A DNA stretch of 64,000 nt. It comes from Patescibacteria group bacterium. GTDB taxonomy: Bacteria; Patescibacteriota; Doudnabacteria; UBA920; O2-02-FULL-48-8. The stretch lies in NCBI GenBank assembly GCA_036278915.1, contig DASUKB010000004.1:9441-73440 (forward strand). Reading direction: 5' to 3'. This document shows positions 9,733 through 19,410 of this stretch, piece after piece. Under the pieces are notes generated by a model. That model did not search any database. It saw nothing but the letters and a program-made list of their open reading frames with translations, and had not been told where the DNA came from. The stretch's first letter is position 1, and each line of letters starts with the position of its first letter. The translations under genes and the position numbers were made by a program.

Positions 9733-10854
9733 TTATTTAAGACTCTCCAAAACAGCCAGGGTCTGTGCCGCAGTCCGTTCCCAGGTGAATTGTTTGGCGC
9801 GCGCAATCCCGTTTTTACCGAGTTCCGCCTGAAGACTTTTATCGGATAAGACCTTAAGTATGCCCTCGGCAATTTTCTCCGCGGAATTTGGATCCACGAG
9901 CACGCCTGCATCCCCCACCACTTCAGGCAATGATGAGATATTCGAAACCACAACTGGTGTGCCGCAGGCCATAGCTTCCAAAGGAGGAAGCCCAAACCCT
10001 TCGTATAATGCCGGCAAAGTTAAAAGCACTGCTCCATTATACAACGCCTGTTTGTCTTGTTCATCCACGTAACCCAAATGCACAACGCTCCCAGAAATCC
10101 GGGACTGGTTCAGTTTGCTTTCAATTGGTTCCCAAAGCCAGCCGCGGCCACCTGCTATCACGAGCTTTTCTTCAATGTGATACTGCTGGCGAAGCGTAAT
10201 GTATGCATCGACCAGGCGCGAAATATTTTTGCGCGGCTGGAGCGTACCCAAAAATAAAATATATTTTTTGTAACTCAAATTATATTTATCCAAAACTTTT
10301 TGAGTCTGCTCATACGGCAATGGCGCAAATTTAGAGTCCACGCCCAGGTGGACCACGGAAATTTTGTCAGGCGAAAGCTTGTAAGTTTTAACCAAATCGC
10401 TTTTGGTGGATTCCGAGACGGCTATAATTTTGCGCGCGGCGCGCACGCCAAACCTCGTGGTCAATTTAAGATAGAAGCGCATAAATCTTGGAAACGCGTC
10501 CGGAAAAAATTCATAGGCAATGTCGTGGACCACAATCACGGATTTGCGCGGATGCACAAACGGCAAGGCTTGGATTGGCAAGAAAAACACATCCACAGGA
10601 TGCAGCAGTAGTTCCAGCGCTAGGCGAGTCTGGGTCCAAAATTTCGGGAACGGAATCACACGCCGGACAAAATTTGCGGGCAAACTCTTAAACTGTTCCA
10701 TAGGCTGTGTGCGAAAATAAAGCAGGTATTGGTTCTCAGTATCGAGTTTCGACAAATTCGCAATCAGTTCTGAGGCAAAGCGCTCCACGCCTGTCGGGTT
10801 CGGCAAATTCGCGCGCTCGGCTTCCATTCCGATTTTCAAAGGTTTTCCAGTCAT
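9733..10854 (-). CDS. glycosyltransferase family 1 (GT4-type)
   Basis: C-terminal [33 protein letters not shown] motif typical of GT-B retaining transferases. Confidence 0.8.
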   Translation of the reverse strand: MTGKPLKIGMEAERANLPNPTGVERFASELIANLSKLDTENQYLLYFRTQPMEQFKSLPANFVRRVIPFPKFWTQTRLALELLLHPVDVFFLPIQALPFVHPRKSVIVVHDIAYEFFPDAFPRFMRFYLKLTTRFGVRAARKIIAVSESTKSDLVKTYKLSPDKISVVHLGVDSKFAPLPYEQTQKVLDKYNLSYKKYILFLGTLQPRKNISRLVDAYITLRQQYHIEEKLVIAGGRGWLWEPIESKLNQSRISGSVVHLGYVDEQDKQALYNGAVLLTLPALYEGFGLPPLEAMACGTPVVVSNISSLPEVVGDAGVLVDPNSAEKIAEGILKVLSDKSLQAELGKNGIARAKQFTWERTAAQTLAVLESLK

Positions 10855-10883
10855 TAGGAATTAGTAATTAAAAATTAGAAATT

Positions 10884-12326
10884 TTACAGAATATCTCTTT
10901 CTACCGGAGCAGGGTTGATGCGCAACCCGCCCAAGAGGAGCTGTTTGTCTTCAGCGCGGAAAAATTTCATCGCGGCAAGCAGCGCCAAATAAATTATTCC
11001 ACCAGCGCCAATAAGCAGCCAGAGGTTCTGATGGATCAAAAGCTTCACCGCAAACGCCATAACGAGCGCCGCAATCGCAGGCCTGACAAAATTGCCGACA
11101 AATTTAAATGCCATAACGCGCCGGTGCACTACATAAGTATATCCAATCCACTGCACGCACTCGGAAGCAAGCGTCATAAATGCTGCGGCCACAAACCCGT
11201 ACCGCGGGATGAGAATTAAATTGAGAATGAGATTGAAAAACAAATTACAGCCGGTGATTATAACTGCGGCGCGTGTCTTCTGCGAAATTATGAGGGCGTT
11301 GACCGGGCTGTAGATAAACAGCACAGAGACCGCGGCCACCAGTACCCAGAGCGCTCGCGAAGCCGGCGCGAATGCCGGACCGAAAAAAGCCACAGTCAGC
11401 CGGTCGGATAAAACGTAAGCCCCGAATGTCAGCGGCAATGCCAGCGCTACCATATACCTGGTGTAGGCTTCCAACCCCCTTTTAACATCCGCCAAAAGGC
11501 CCTTCGTCATCGAATCGGCAAAAAACGGATACAAACTTGCCGAGACCACGGCCGGCAAAAACGCCAGCGTGTCCCAAAATTTATAGACTGCCGTGTAGTA
11601 GCCATTTTCCGTAAACGAACGCAGGTGAGGCAAGATGAGCGTGTCGATGCGATTGTAGATGGAAAAAAACGTCAGGAGCGTAAAGGGCAAATTGAGCGCA
11701 AACAGGGTTTTCCAGAATGGAAAATCAAAATGCAAACGGAACCGGGCAAAACCTTTCTCCACAATCCGCCAGTAGACTATAAAATCAAACGCGCCGACAA
11801 TTAAATTTACAAACGACAGGAAGAAAATATCTTTATGGAAAAAAATCGTCAGGCCCATCATTCCGGCATTGATTACGGAATTGGCAAAGTTGATTTTGGC
11901 CACGATGCCAAGCCTCTGGAATGCGTTAATGATAGACATAAACGGCATAGACAGCGAAGTCACCAGAAGACTTAGAGCCGTGACATACAACGAGTGTTTA
12001 ACTATCGGCGGATAATTGGAAAACAAAACGATGGCATCCATAAGCAGCATAAAACCCAAACCCAGGAGGAATTGAATGCCAAAATAATTCGCCAAGTACT
12101 TACCGGCCTCATTGCGGTTTTCGCTGACGCGTTTGATGACCAGCTGCTGCATTCCCAAATCAACAAAGAAATTGAATACGGTCAAAAATGCGACTATGAG
12201 CCCATACTGCCCTGCGACATTCGGGCCGAAGTACTGGATGAGGCGCGTGTAAATTAAAAACAGGATGATGCCTGCGATCACCCTCGAAAACAAAAGGCTC
12301 AAGATATTCCTGCCAATTTGCTGCAT
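10884..12326 (-). CDS. polysaccharide flippase (Wzx, MOP superfamily)
   Basis: 480 aa, ~12-14 TM helices, polysacc_synt-like N-terminus; clustered with GTs and Wzy. Confidence 0.7.
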   Translation of the reverse strand: MQQIGRNILSLLFSRVIAGIILFLIYTRLIQYFGPNVAGQYGLIVAFLTVFNFFVDLGMQQLVIKRVSENRNEAGKYLANYFGIQFLLGLGFMLLMDAIVLFSNYPPIVKHSLYVTALSLLVTSLSMPFMSIINAFQRLGIVAKINFANSVINAGMMGLTIFFHKDIFFLSFVNLIVGAFDFIVYWRIVEKGFARFRLHFDFPFWKTLFALNLPFTLLTFFSIYNRIDTLILPHLRSFTENGYYTAVYKFWDTLAFLPAVVSASLYPFFADSMTKGLLADVKRGLEAYTRYMVALALPLTFGAYVLSDRLTVAFFGPAFAPASRALWVLVAAVSVLFIYSPVNALIISQKTRAAVIITGCNLFFNLILNLILIPRYGFVAAAFMTLASECVQWIGYTYVVHRRVMAFKFVGNFVRPAIAALVMAFAVKLLIHQNLWLLIGAGGIIYLALLAAMKFFRAEDKQLLLGGLRINPAPVERDIL

Positions 12327-12422
12327 ATGTAAGGTTTGCGGTAATTATAGCAAATTAAACGATTTGCCGGTACCGGCCGTCTATAATTGCTTCTGTTATT
12401 TTTTTGCTGTAAAATTCAATTT

Positions 12423-13019
12423 ATGCTTTTCAATCTGGCTAATTTAGTCCCCTGGTTCATCCAATATAAATATTGGGTAATCTTTCCCATCGCTGTGGTG
12501 GAGGGGCCGATTATTACAATCATTGCTGGATTCCTGGCCTCACTTGGCTATCTGAGTCTCTTGGGAGGATTCCTAACCGTGGTTCTTGGGGATTTAGTTG
12601 GTGACATCGCCACATACTGGGTCGGGCGGCTCGGCCGCGAACGGTTCGTGCGCAAATACGGCCATTGGATCGGACTCGACTGGCCGCGCGTGGAGAAAAT
12701 GGAAAAATATTTTGAGAACCACACCAACAGCACATTTATTTTTGGCAAATTTGTGCACGGCACCGGCTATTTAATGTGGTTTGCCACGGGCATTGCCAAA
12801 GTGCCGTTCGGCAAGTTCGTTTCCATAAACATTGTGACCACGGCCATCAAATCAGGCATTCTTATCCTCATCGGCTACTACTTCGGCCAGGCATATTCAA
12901 CTTTCAATACCTATTTAAGCAATATCGCGCTCATTTTGTTTATCGGGTTTATTATTCTTTATCTTATTGCCATCAAAACTTCACTTCTCGACAAATTCTG
13001 GCAAAAATTGGAAGAATAA
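12423..13019 (+). CDS. DedA/SNARE-associated family membrane protein (ORF track start 12387; Met at 12423 more likely)
   Basis: VEGPIITIIAGFLASLGYLS...FGKFVHGTGYLMWFATGIAKVPFGKF matches DedA conserved regions. Confidence 0.7.
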   Translation: MLFNLANLVPWFIQYKYWVIFPIAVVEGPIITIIAGFLASLGYLSLLGGFLTVVLGDLVGDIATYWVGRLGRERFVRKYGHWIGLDWPRVEKMEKYFENHTNSTFIFGKFVHGTGYLMWFATGIAKVPFGKFVSINIVTTAIKSGILILIGYYFGQAYSTFNTYLSNIALILFIGFIILYLIAIKTSLLDKFWQKLEE

Positions 13020-13035
13020 ATAACTCATTAATTAA

Positions 13036-13070
13036 GAAAAAGCACGGACTCAAAGATGTTCGTGTTTTAC
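13036..13070. terminator. possible bidirectional terminator (imperfect 7-bp stem, T-rich tail)
   Basis: aaaaagcacggac-tcaaagat-gttcgtgtttta downstream of DedA. Confidence 0.35.
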
Positions 13071-13108
13071 TTTTGATTAACCTTAGCTCCTGAATATTTC
13101 TCTATAAT

Positions 13109-13465
13109 CTACCTCAGTATATCTTTAATTGTCGTAAGGTTCATAGTTAAAAATAAAATTAAAGATAAGGGAATCGGCAAAATCGCGTAGAGGAGTCGAT
13201 TTGTAATCTTATTAAACTTATCGAATGGCAGCAAGATTAAAGCCTCAATGATTGCGCCCACAAGAATTATCCATATCCTCGGAATAAATTCAACCACAGT
13301 GGCAACGCTACTGATTCCTAACAAATAGCCTAACCCTGGGCAATTCAGGTTACTGGCTACACACTGACGATAATAATCTTGGCCTACCAGTATCAACCAA
13401 AAGATGATCAGATAAACAATACAGATCAAAAAAATTACAACAAAATTTTTTATAAACCGTTTCAA
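13109..13465 (-). CDS. small hypothetical membrane protein (118 aa)
   Basis: three hydrophobic helices; no homology recognised. Confidence 0.35.
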   Translation of the reverse strand: MKRFIKNFVVIFLICIVYLIIFWLILVGQDYYRQCVASNLNCPGLGYLLGISSVATVVEFIPRIWIILVGAIIEALILLPFDKFNKITNRLLYAILPIPLSLILFLTMNLTTIKDILR

Positions 13466-13479
13466 ATAGTTGTGTTAAA

Positions 13480-14847
13480 TTAATCCCCATTTAGATCATC
13501 TATATCTTGCTGGTAGGAAGCGGCTTTGGCCACCACGCTGTCGCCGTAAAATCTGTAAGCCGGATTGGTGCCGCCAGAAAAATAAATCATTGCCGCTTTC
13601 CACTCATTGGCCTGGTCTGTGGCGCCGGCCGCTGCCAATTTGAGCCCTGCGGCTATAAACGCATCGCGAATATCCCAGGGGTTGGCGGTCTTGCCCGTCA
13701 GTGCCGCGATCTTGTCTTTGTACCCCATCCAGGTTGACGGGATAAACTGTGCCGGGCCCATGGCACCGCCCCAGCCGACTTGCTTGCCATTGGTAAACAT
13801 CGGACAAGATACCGGAGTTGTGTCAGGGTCCAGCCCCAGCTCTGACGTGATTTGTAAAAATGGCTGAATATCGCGAGTCGGTTTCATAATGACCTTGTAG
13901 CTTTTGCTGGGCGGATCTCCGGCGCGGTTGCAAGTGCCCACATTTTTGCCCAAGTTGGATTCTTGCGAAAGAATTGCCAAAAGAAATGCGGCGCGCACGC
14001 CGGTCATGCTCGATACCGATTGTGCTATAGCCACGGCTTGGCCGAATGTCACCTGCTGGCCCGGACCCACGCCGAACAAATCATAAAGTCTGTTTTGGAT
14101 TTGCGCAGCCTGGGCTTTTTTATCATTAAGCGAGGCTTGATAATTCGCCTCCACGCCTTTGGTTTGCGCAAGCAGGGTGCTTTGGCCATTAATGTTTTCA
14201 GCCAGCTGCTGGTTTTGCAAACTCTGAATGGACAAAAAATCCTGTTGCGACTGTTGCTGGTCGGTCAGTTCGTCCTGTTCGGCCTTAAGCGCAATGCTTT
14301 CCGTATCGAGCTGGTCTAAAAGCGCTTTGAGGTTATTGTTGATCTGCTCGTACGCGTCCTGTTCGGCGTAGAATCCAATAAGGCCACCTTCGTTGAGCAG
14401 CATTTCCACGGAAGACTGCTGATCTTTTTCATAAATGGATGGGATAAGATCCCCGATTTCGCCGCGCAGAGTCACGATGTGCTGTTGTTTGTCCGCGATT
14501 TCGTCAGTGGTTTGAGTAAGTTGTTGGGAAATATTTTGTAGGTTTAAATTCGTTTCCTGAATTTGCGCATTGATTTTATTCTTTTGCAATTGCAGTTGTC
14601 TAATTTTATTGTTGAGCGTATTGGACTGCGATTGCGTTGCGGAAAGCTGCTGCTCGTATTGGGCAATCTCTGCCTGCACTTGTGCCAACTCCTGTTCGAG
14701 CTTAGTTTTTTCGATCGGATCGGGGCTGCTCTGTGCCAACTGCAATGGTTCAGCAAAAGTGAATTGGACAGGTACAAACAATGCCAAAATCGCCAATAAA
14801 CTTACGAATACGGGTGTTTGTTTCAGTAATTTCTTGATTTTACTCAT
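13480..14847 (-). CDS. secreted coiled-coil protein with C-terminal lytic transglycosylase (SLT) domain
   Basis: Signal peptide; ~250 aa Q/E-rich coiled coil; C-terminal AAFLLAILSQESNLG (ES catalytic motif) and GPAQFIPSTW typical of SLT domains. Confidence 0.6.
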   Translation of the reverse strand: MSKIKKLLKQTPVFVSLLAILALFVPVQFTFAEPLQLAQSSPDPIEKTKLEQELAQVQAEIAQYEQQLSATQSQSNTLNNKIRQLQLQKNKINAQIQETNLNLQNISQQLTQTTDEIADKQQHIVTLRGEIGDLIPSIYEKDQQSSVEMLLNEGGLIGFYAEQDAYEQINNNLKALLDQLDTESIALKAEQDELTDQQQSQQDFLSIQSLQNQQLAENINGQSTLLAQTKGVEANYQASLNDKKAQAAQIQNRLYDLFGVGPGQQVTFGQAVAIAQSVSSMTGVRAAFLLAILSQESNLGKNVGTCNRAGDPPSKSYKVIMKPTRDIQPFLQITSELGLDPDTTPVSCPMFTNGKQVGWGGAMGPAQFIPSTWMGYKDKIAALTGKTANPWDIRDAFIAAGLKLAAAGATDQANEWKAAMIYFSGGTNPAYRFYGDSVVAKAASYQQDIDDLNGD

Positions 14848-14872
14848 CCAAAATATTATACCACGAACCGCT

Positions 14873-16024
14873 CTATTTCTTCAAATATTTTTTACCTTTA
14901 AGTTTCTCGGGTAAAAGATCTTCTTTGGGATACAATTCATAACCTTTGTGGTAGCCAAGTTCTTTCATCAACTTTGTAGGCGCGTTGCGGATCATCATCG
15001 GGATTGGAAGATTGCCCGTTTCTTTGACATCGTCCATGGCCTCAAAATACGCGTTGTATGACTCGCGGCTTTTCTGCGCCAAAGCAAGATACGCTACTCC
15101 GTGTGCCAAATTTATGGCGCATTCCGGGTACCCGATAGTCTCACACGCTCTGAAAACATCGTTCGCCAGCTGCAAGGCCACAGGATCTGCCAAACCGACA
15201 TCTTCTGAGGCAAACACCACCATGCGCCTGGCTATGAATTTCGGATCCTCGCCTGACTCCACCATGCGCGCCAAATAATAGAGTGCCGCGTCAGGCTTTG
15301 ATGCGCGCATCGATTTGATAAACGCGGAAATTGTATTGTAGTGCTCCTCGCTTTTTTTATCATAGCGCAGTTGCTTGCTCTGCAAAGTTTTTTTGAGAGT
15401 ATCCAAATTTATCTCATGATAAAACTTGGAGGTATTTTCAAGCATGGTAATTGCCTGGCGCGCATCGCCATTTGCCATACGCACAAGCCAATCCTTTGCG
15501 TCATTATCCAGTTGGTATCCGGTGCGGGTAATTATGTTCAGCATCTCGGCATCGCTGAATTCGTTCAGCACAAATACCCGACAGCGCGACAAAAGCGCAG
15601 GGATAACCTCGAAGCTCGGGTTCTCGGTTGTGGCGCCTATGAGGGTCAACTCGCCGGACTCTACATACGGCAGCAAATAATCCTGCTGGGCTTTGTTGAA
15701 TCTGTGAATTTCATCCAAAAATAAAATTTTCGGCTTGCTGCCCGATAAAAGATCTGGTTCCTTTTGCAAAATCTGACGGATGTCATCTTTGCCCGCGGAC
15801 ACAGCGGAAAGTTCGTGGTAATCCGCGTCCAAACTGTGCGCGTAAATCCGGGCAAGAGTCGTTTTGCCAGTGCCCGGCGGCCCCCACAAAATAAAACTAA
15901 AAAGCTGCCGGGTGCGCACGGCTATACCCAGAGGTTTGTCGGAAGCTACCAAATGCTCCTGTCCGATAAATTCATCCAGGGATTTGGGCCTAATTTTTGC
16001 GGCTAAAGGTTCCATAGGTCTCAA
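14873..16024 (-). CDS. rarA: replication-associated recombination protein A (AAA+ ATPase); ORF-track start is TTG, ATG at 16015 more likely
   Basis: WGPPGTGKTTLARIYAHSLDADYHELSAV Walker A; LFLDEIHRFNKAQQD Walker B/sensor; MgsA C-terminal helical domain. Confidence 0.85.
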   Translation of the reverse strand: MRPMEPLAAKIRPKSLDEFIGQEHLVASDKPLGIAVRTRQLFSFILWGPPGTGKTTLARIYAHSLDADYHELSAVSAGKDDIRQILQKEPDLLSGSKPKILFLDEIHRFNKAQQDYLLPYVESGELTLIGATTENPSFEVIPALLSRCRVFVLNEFSDAEMLNIITRTGYQLDNDAKDWLVRMANGDARQAITMLENTSKFYHEINLDTLKKTLQSKQLRYDKKSEEHYNTISAFIKSMRASKPDAALYYLARMVESGEDPKFIARRMVVFASEDVGLADPVALQLANDVFRACETIGYPECAINLAHGVAYLALAQKSRESYNAYFEAMDDVKETGNLPIPMMIRNAPTKLMKELGYHKGYELYPKEDLLPEKLKGKKYLKK

Positions 16025-16049
16025 AAAGAGCGACAGAAGCCGCTCTTTA
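16022..16049 (-). terminator. intrinsic terminator-like hairpin downstream of the 16123..16665 gene, lying in the rarA leader
   Basis: minus strand reads AAGAGCGGCUUCUGUCGCUCUUUUUG. Confidence 0.45.
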
Positions 16050-16122
16050 TCTTGTCCATCAAAGGACTATGTGGTTGTTGGAAACATTATACACCCAATA
16101 CTCTGGGTTATGCAAGCAATAT

Positions 16123-16665
16123 CTAAGGCTGGACTACAAACCAGACGCCACCGACGTTTTGGCCATTGGTATCACCAGCTTTGGTGTCTCCGTGCCAGAA
16201 ATACAGCGGTTGATTGTCGTAAGTTAATTGCGCAGTACCATCAGCGCGAGTAATAGTTCCTAATTTGCCAGTAATGTCGGCTGCGGCTGTGAGGCTTGAA
16301 GCGGCAGTCACAGTGTATGGCGGCCAGTTGGTGGCGCAAGTGCCAGAACAGTTGCTTACGCCCGGAGTATCATTCGTATAGCGATAAAGCGTCATGCCGT
16401 TTGTCGCTGTGAGAAAATTCCCGAGCGTTGCGTTGCTGGATGTAGCCAAAACCGCGCTAGAGGTTGGCGGGGGCGGAGTCGTATTGTCCGTCGAGGTGCT
16501 GTTTGAATTGTCGGTGCTGGAATTCGCACTTGTGCCAGTGTCATTTGTGGCCGGCGGATTGGTATTCTGATTGGTATTATTATTGCCTCGCTTAGCAAAC
16601 GCGTACACACCGAGGAAAATAATTATGATGACCACGATAATTGTAACAATTGTTGATTTTCTCAT
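16123..16665 (-). CDS. secreted/lipoprotein-like protein with Yx(FWY)xxD repeat (COG4315-like)
   Basis: N-terminal TM/signal, low-complexity N/T-rich linker, C-terminal LYRYTND...LYFWHGDTKAGDTNGQ motifs. Confidence 0.5.
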   Translation of the reverse strand: MRKSTIVTIIVVIIIIFLGVYAFAKRGNNNTNQNTNPPATNDTGTSANSSTDNSNSTSTDNTTPPPPTSSAVLATSSNATLGNFLTATNGMTLYRYTNDTPGVSNCSGTCATNWPPYTVTAASSLTAAADITGKLGTITRADGTAQLTYDNQPLYFWHGDTKAGDTNGQNVGGVWFVVQP

Positions 16666-16788
16666 ATAAGTTAATTAATGGTTAAAACCCATTCACCCCT
16701 GATTTACACCTTTCTTATTAATGCTTAGGCTTGCATTATAGTTTGCGCCTTATTTTTTGGCTATAGTACTTCCGGTCAAAAAATGAGT

Positions 16789-17394
16789 TTAAACTAGATT
16801 TTTAATGTCTTCTATGATTTCCGGAAATTGCTTTTGGTTGAAATGGCCGCGATCTTCAAAGGTCCGAAGCAACGCTTGGGGCAGCTGGTCGGAATATTTT
16901 TCATGCTGGTCAAAGTCAACAATTGGGTCATTCGTACTGTAATAAAGGTAAATTTTGCCTGCTGGCAGGTTTAATTGGCTTGGCAATTCAAAGGTATGCA
17001 GAGAATTTCCATCGGAGTCCGCGTCTGCCGGCGCTGCTACCAAAGCCAGCGCTTTGATTTTTTTGGGAAATTGGTTTTCCGTAAGATATTTGGCCAGGAA
17101 TGCTCCGCCCATTGAATGGCCGATCAAAATAATGTCATCGCGTAGAAACGGAAATAATTTTTCAAACCACAGTTTCCATTCGGTAAACCGCGCGTTGAAC
17201 TTATTCGGCATGCTCGGCAGGATGACCTCGTAATCCGCTCCGAGATCGCGGCGCAAGTTGCGCTTCCAGTCAGTTTTGTCAGAAGTCAGGCGGGCGTAAT
17301 CAAGCTCTATGTCTTGCAGAAATTGAATATACTTATCGTAATCCGTATCCGCAAACGTATCACCGCCATGAATAACCAAAATTTGCTGCTTCAT
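16789..17394 (-). CDS. RBBP9/YdeN-family alpha/beta serine hydrolase
   Basis: ~200 aa, GHSMGG nucleophile elbow, downstream Asp (TNDPIV) and His (RGHF). Confidence 0.6.
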   Translation of the reverse strand: MKQQILVIHGGDTFADTDYDKYIQFLQDIELDYARLTSDKTDWKRNLRRDLGADYEVILPSMPNKFNARFTEWKLWFEKLFPFLRDDIILIGHSMGGAFLAKYLTENQFPKKIKALALVAAPADADSDGNSLHTFELPSQLNLPAGKIYLYYSTNDPIVDFDQHEKYSDQLPQALLRTFEDRGHFNQKQFPEIIEDIKNLV

Positions 17395-17789
17395 AATTTA
17401 TAATAATCTTCCTTAACTTCCTCAGGTTCTTCCAGTGTATTGTAATCAATCGTAATTTCTTCGCCTGCTTTAATGTCTTGCAGCGCAAACCATTTATAAT
17501 CTGCATTGCGAACTGCGTTTGGATTTTGAGAATGGTTTAAATACCACCCTATCGACATCTGCGAAAAATCGGGCGGGCAAATCAGTTTATCTCCCCAATC
17601 CAAGCAATACCCTCGAAACTGGTCTGGCACACTGGCCTTATCGCGGGCAAGTGATTCGGCAGACAAACCTTCTTCATTTTCGAACATCCGCAATTGAGTT
17701 CCTTTGGCGATATCGTGTACGGCAAAAACTCCAATTCCATATTTGGCGGGTTTTAATAAAAAAGAAAATTCATTGGTCTCGCTTGCCAT
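17391..17789 (-). CDS. SET-domain protein (putative lysine methyltransferase)
   Basis: YLNHSQNPNAV (NHSCxPN-like) and GEEITIDY (ELTxDY-like) SET motifs; 4-nt overlap with the downstream hydrolase. Confidence 0.55.
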   Translation of the reverse strand: MASETNEFSFLLKPAKYGIGVFAVHDIAKGTQLRMFENEEGLSAESLARDKASVPDQFRGYCLDWGDKLICPPDFSQMSIGWYLNHSQNPNAVRNADYKWFALQDIKAGEEITIDYNTLEEPEEVKEDYYKL

Positions 17790-17855
17790 ATAACAATAAT
17801 ATCAAAAAACCGCCATTTAGGCGATCTTGTAAGATTCCGGAACCTTGTCCTGCCA

Positions 17856-17885
17856 TTGACGCCGATTGCAAACCTCTGGTATATT
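17856..17885 (+). promoter_or_regulatory. sigma70-like promoter TTGACG-18-TATATT upstream of the histidine phosphatase
   Basis: ttgacg at 17856-61, tatatt at 17880-85, followed by AAGGAGGA SD 6 nt before ATG 17923. Confidence 0.5.
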
Positions 17886-17922
17886 GATTGGCTCACTAAA
17901 GAGCGCGTAAGGAGGAAATGCC

Positions 17923-18714
17923 ATGAAGTGGCCGGCACAACTTGTGCTCATAAGGCATGCGCAATCCGAGTATAACGTCTTACGGCAAAAAAAAGCGCAG
18001 GACCCGACGTACAAGGAATTCGTGGAAAAGTTCGACAAGGGCGAAGACGGACTTGAAATGAGAAACTTGGCGCTTAAGGTCCAGGGTGACTTCGCTTTGA
18101 GATGCAGCGACCGCGGTACACCAATTACACAAGAAGGTTGTTCGCAAGCATCGAGAACAGCGGCGGGAATGAAGGAAGCTCTGAAGTTATGCCACATCAG
18201 TCTACCGGACGTAATCTACGTGTCTCCGTACTTGCGTGCACGGCAGACGTACGAAATCTTCCTCGCCGAAATCCCGCCTCTTAACCATATACCTATGTAC
18301 GAGGAGGAGCGTATCCGCGAGCAAGACCACGGGCTCTCGCTTCTCTACAATGACTGGCGGGTGTTCCATACGATCCACTCGGAGCAGCGAAAGCTGTATA
18401 ACCTGCTCGGACCATACGACTACCGCTACCCCAACGGTGAAAACGTACCGGATGTGCGCATGCGTGTCCGCGACTGGCGCGCTACGCTCATTCGTGAATT
18501 CCGAGGCAAGGACGTGTGGGCTTTCACCCACCACCTAACCATTCTCGGATTTCTGGCCGACCAGGAACGCTGGCCTGTCCAAAAGTTCTGCGAAATGGAT
18601 TCTGGAAAGAACAAGCCCAGGAATTGCAGCATAACCCTGCTTGAGGCTGCAGACGGCGGACGCGCAGGGCAAGGACAACTCCTGCGCAAATTCTACAATC
18701 AAATCTGGTACTAA
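17923..18714 (+). CDS. histidine phosphatase (phosphoglycerate mutase-like) family protein
   Basis: LVLIRHAQSEYN RHG-type motif; GC-rich relative to flanks; strong SD. Confidence 0.7.
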   Translation: MKWPAQLVLIRHAQSEYNVLRQKKAQDPTYKEFVEKFDKGEDGLEMRNLALKVQGDFALRCSDRGTPITQEGCSQASRTAAGMKEALKLCHISLPDVIYVSPYLRARQTYEIFLAEIPPLNHIPMYEEERIREQDHGLSLLYNDWRVFHTIHSEQRKLYNLLGPYDYRYPNGENVPDVRMRVRDWRATLIREFRGKDVWAFTHHLTILGFLADQERWPVQKFCEMDSGKNKPRNCSITLLEAADGGRAGQGQLLRKFYNQIWY

Positions 18715-18808
18715 GAACACGGCTGGCGTCTCTTTCCCGAGACCCCAGCCGATTTTTTATGCCAAAAAAAGCCTACTTGGTCACGCATGACCGTTCGGCT
18801 TGAAGGAT

Positions 18809-19282
18809 TCAAAATAGCCCTTCACGATGCAAAATAGCCTCGCGCTGCCTTGGTGTGAATTGTAGCGTAGAAGATCCGAGCCTTTGGCGCTCGCATTCAA
18901 GATAGACTTCAAGCACGCATTGTTCTATTTGGCGCCGGATGTAGCCCCAGCGCGTTGGATCATCTTTCACCAATCTTTGCATGTTCTCGCGCGCTTTAGC
19001 GCGTCTGGTGTAAGCGCGGCGGGTCAACAAAAATGCCGCGCCAAGCAGAAGAAGACTCCCCACGCTTACATGCCTGTACTGGATAGGAGACAGCATTAGC
19101 GCGCAGAACATAAGCGCAATTGCCACCACCCAATGACTCAAGAACTGATCTAGCGACGCTTTGCCGGCGAGCTTGGTGAGGACACGGACATCGTCCTGCA
19201 TTTCTGTCGGAATCGTCTGCCGGATTCTGTTGCCTATATTATATGTGCGCGCAAATGTTTCGGCGTCAACTCGGCTTGGCAT
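18809..19282 (-). CDS. hypothetical membrane protein (157 aa)
   Basis: two TM helices; strong AAAGGAGGAGGGT SD before ATG; GC-rich. Confidence 0.4.
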   Translation of the reverse strand: MPSRVDAETFARTYNIGNRIRQTIPTEMQDDVRVLTKLAGKASLDQFLSHWVVAIALMFCALMLSPIQYRHVSVGSLLLLGAAFLLTRRAYTRRAKARENMQRLVKDDPTRWGYIRRQIEQCVLEVYLECERQRLGSSTLQFTPRQREAILHREGLF

Positions 19283-19410
19283 ACCCTCCTCCTTTGCACG
19301 AGTATACCAAAAAACCGCCCCTTAGGCGATAGGTATTGCAAGAGTCGGGCCGATTGTGAGGATTGACCCGACCAAAAATAAATGCTATTATTTGTTGTCC
19401 AGGAGGATTG

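Noticed and set aside
12387-12422. Upstream start of the DedA ORF
   Set aside because: MLLLFFCCKIQF is encoded within the AT-rich promoter region. Met at 12423 fits DedA family N-termini.
19363-19410. ORF-track start of the 19363..19776 ORF
   Set aside because: Position 19363 is a TTG that lies inside the predicted -35 box. The ATG at 19411 has a strong AGGAGG SD.
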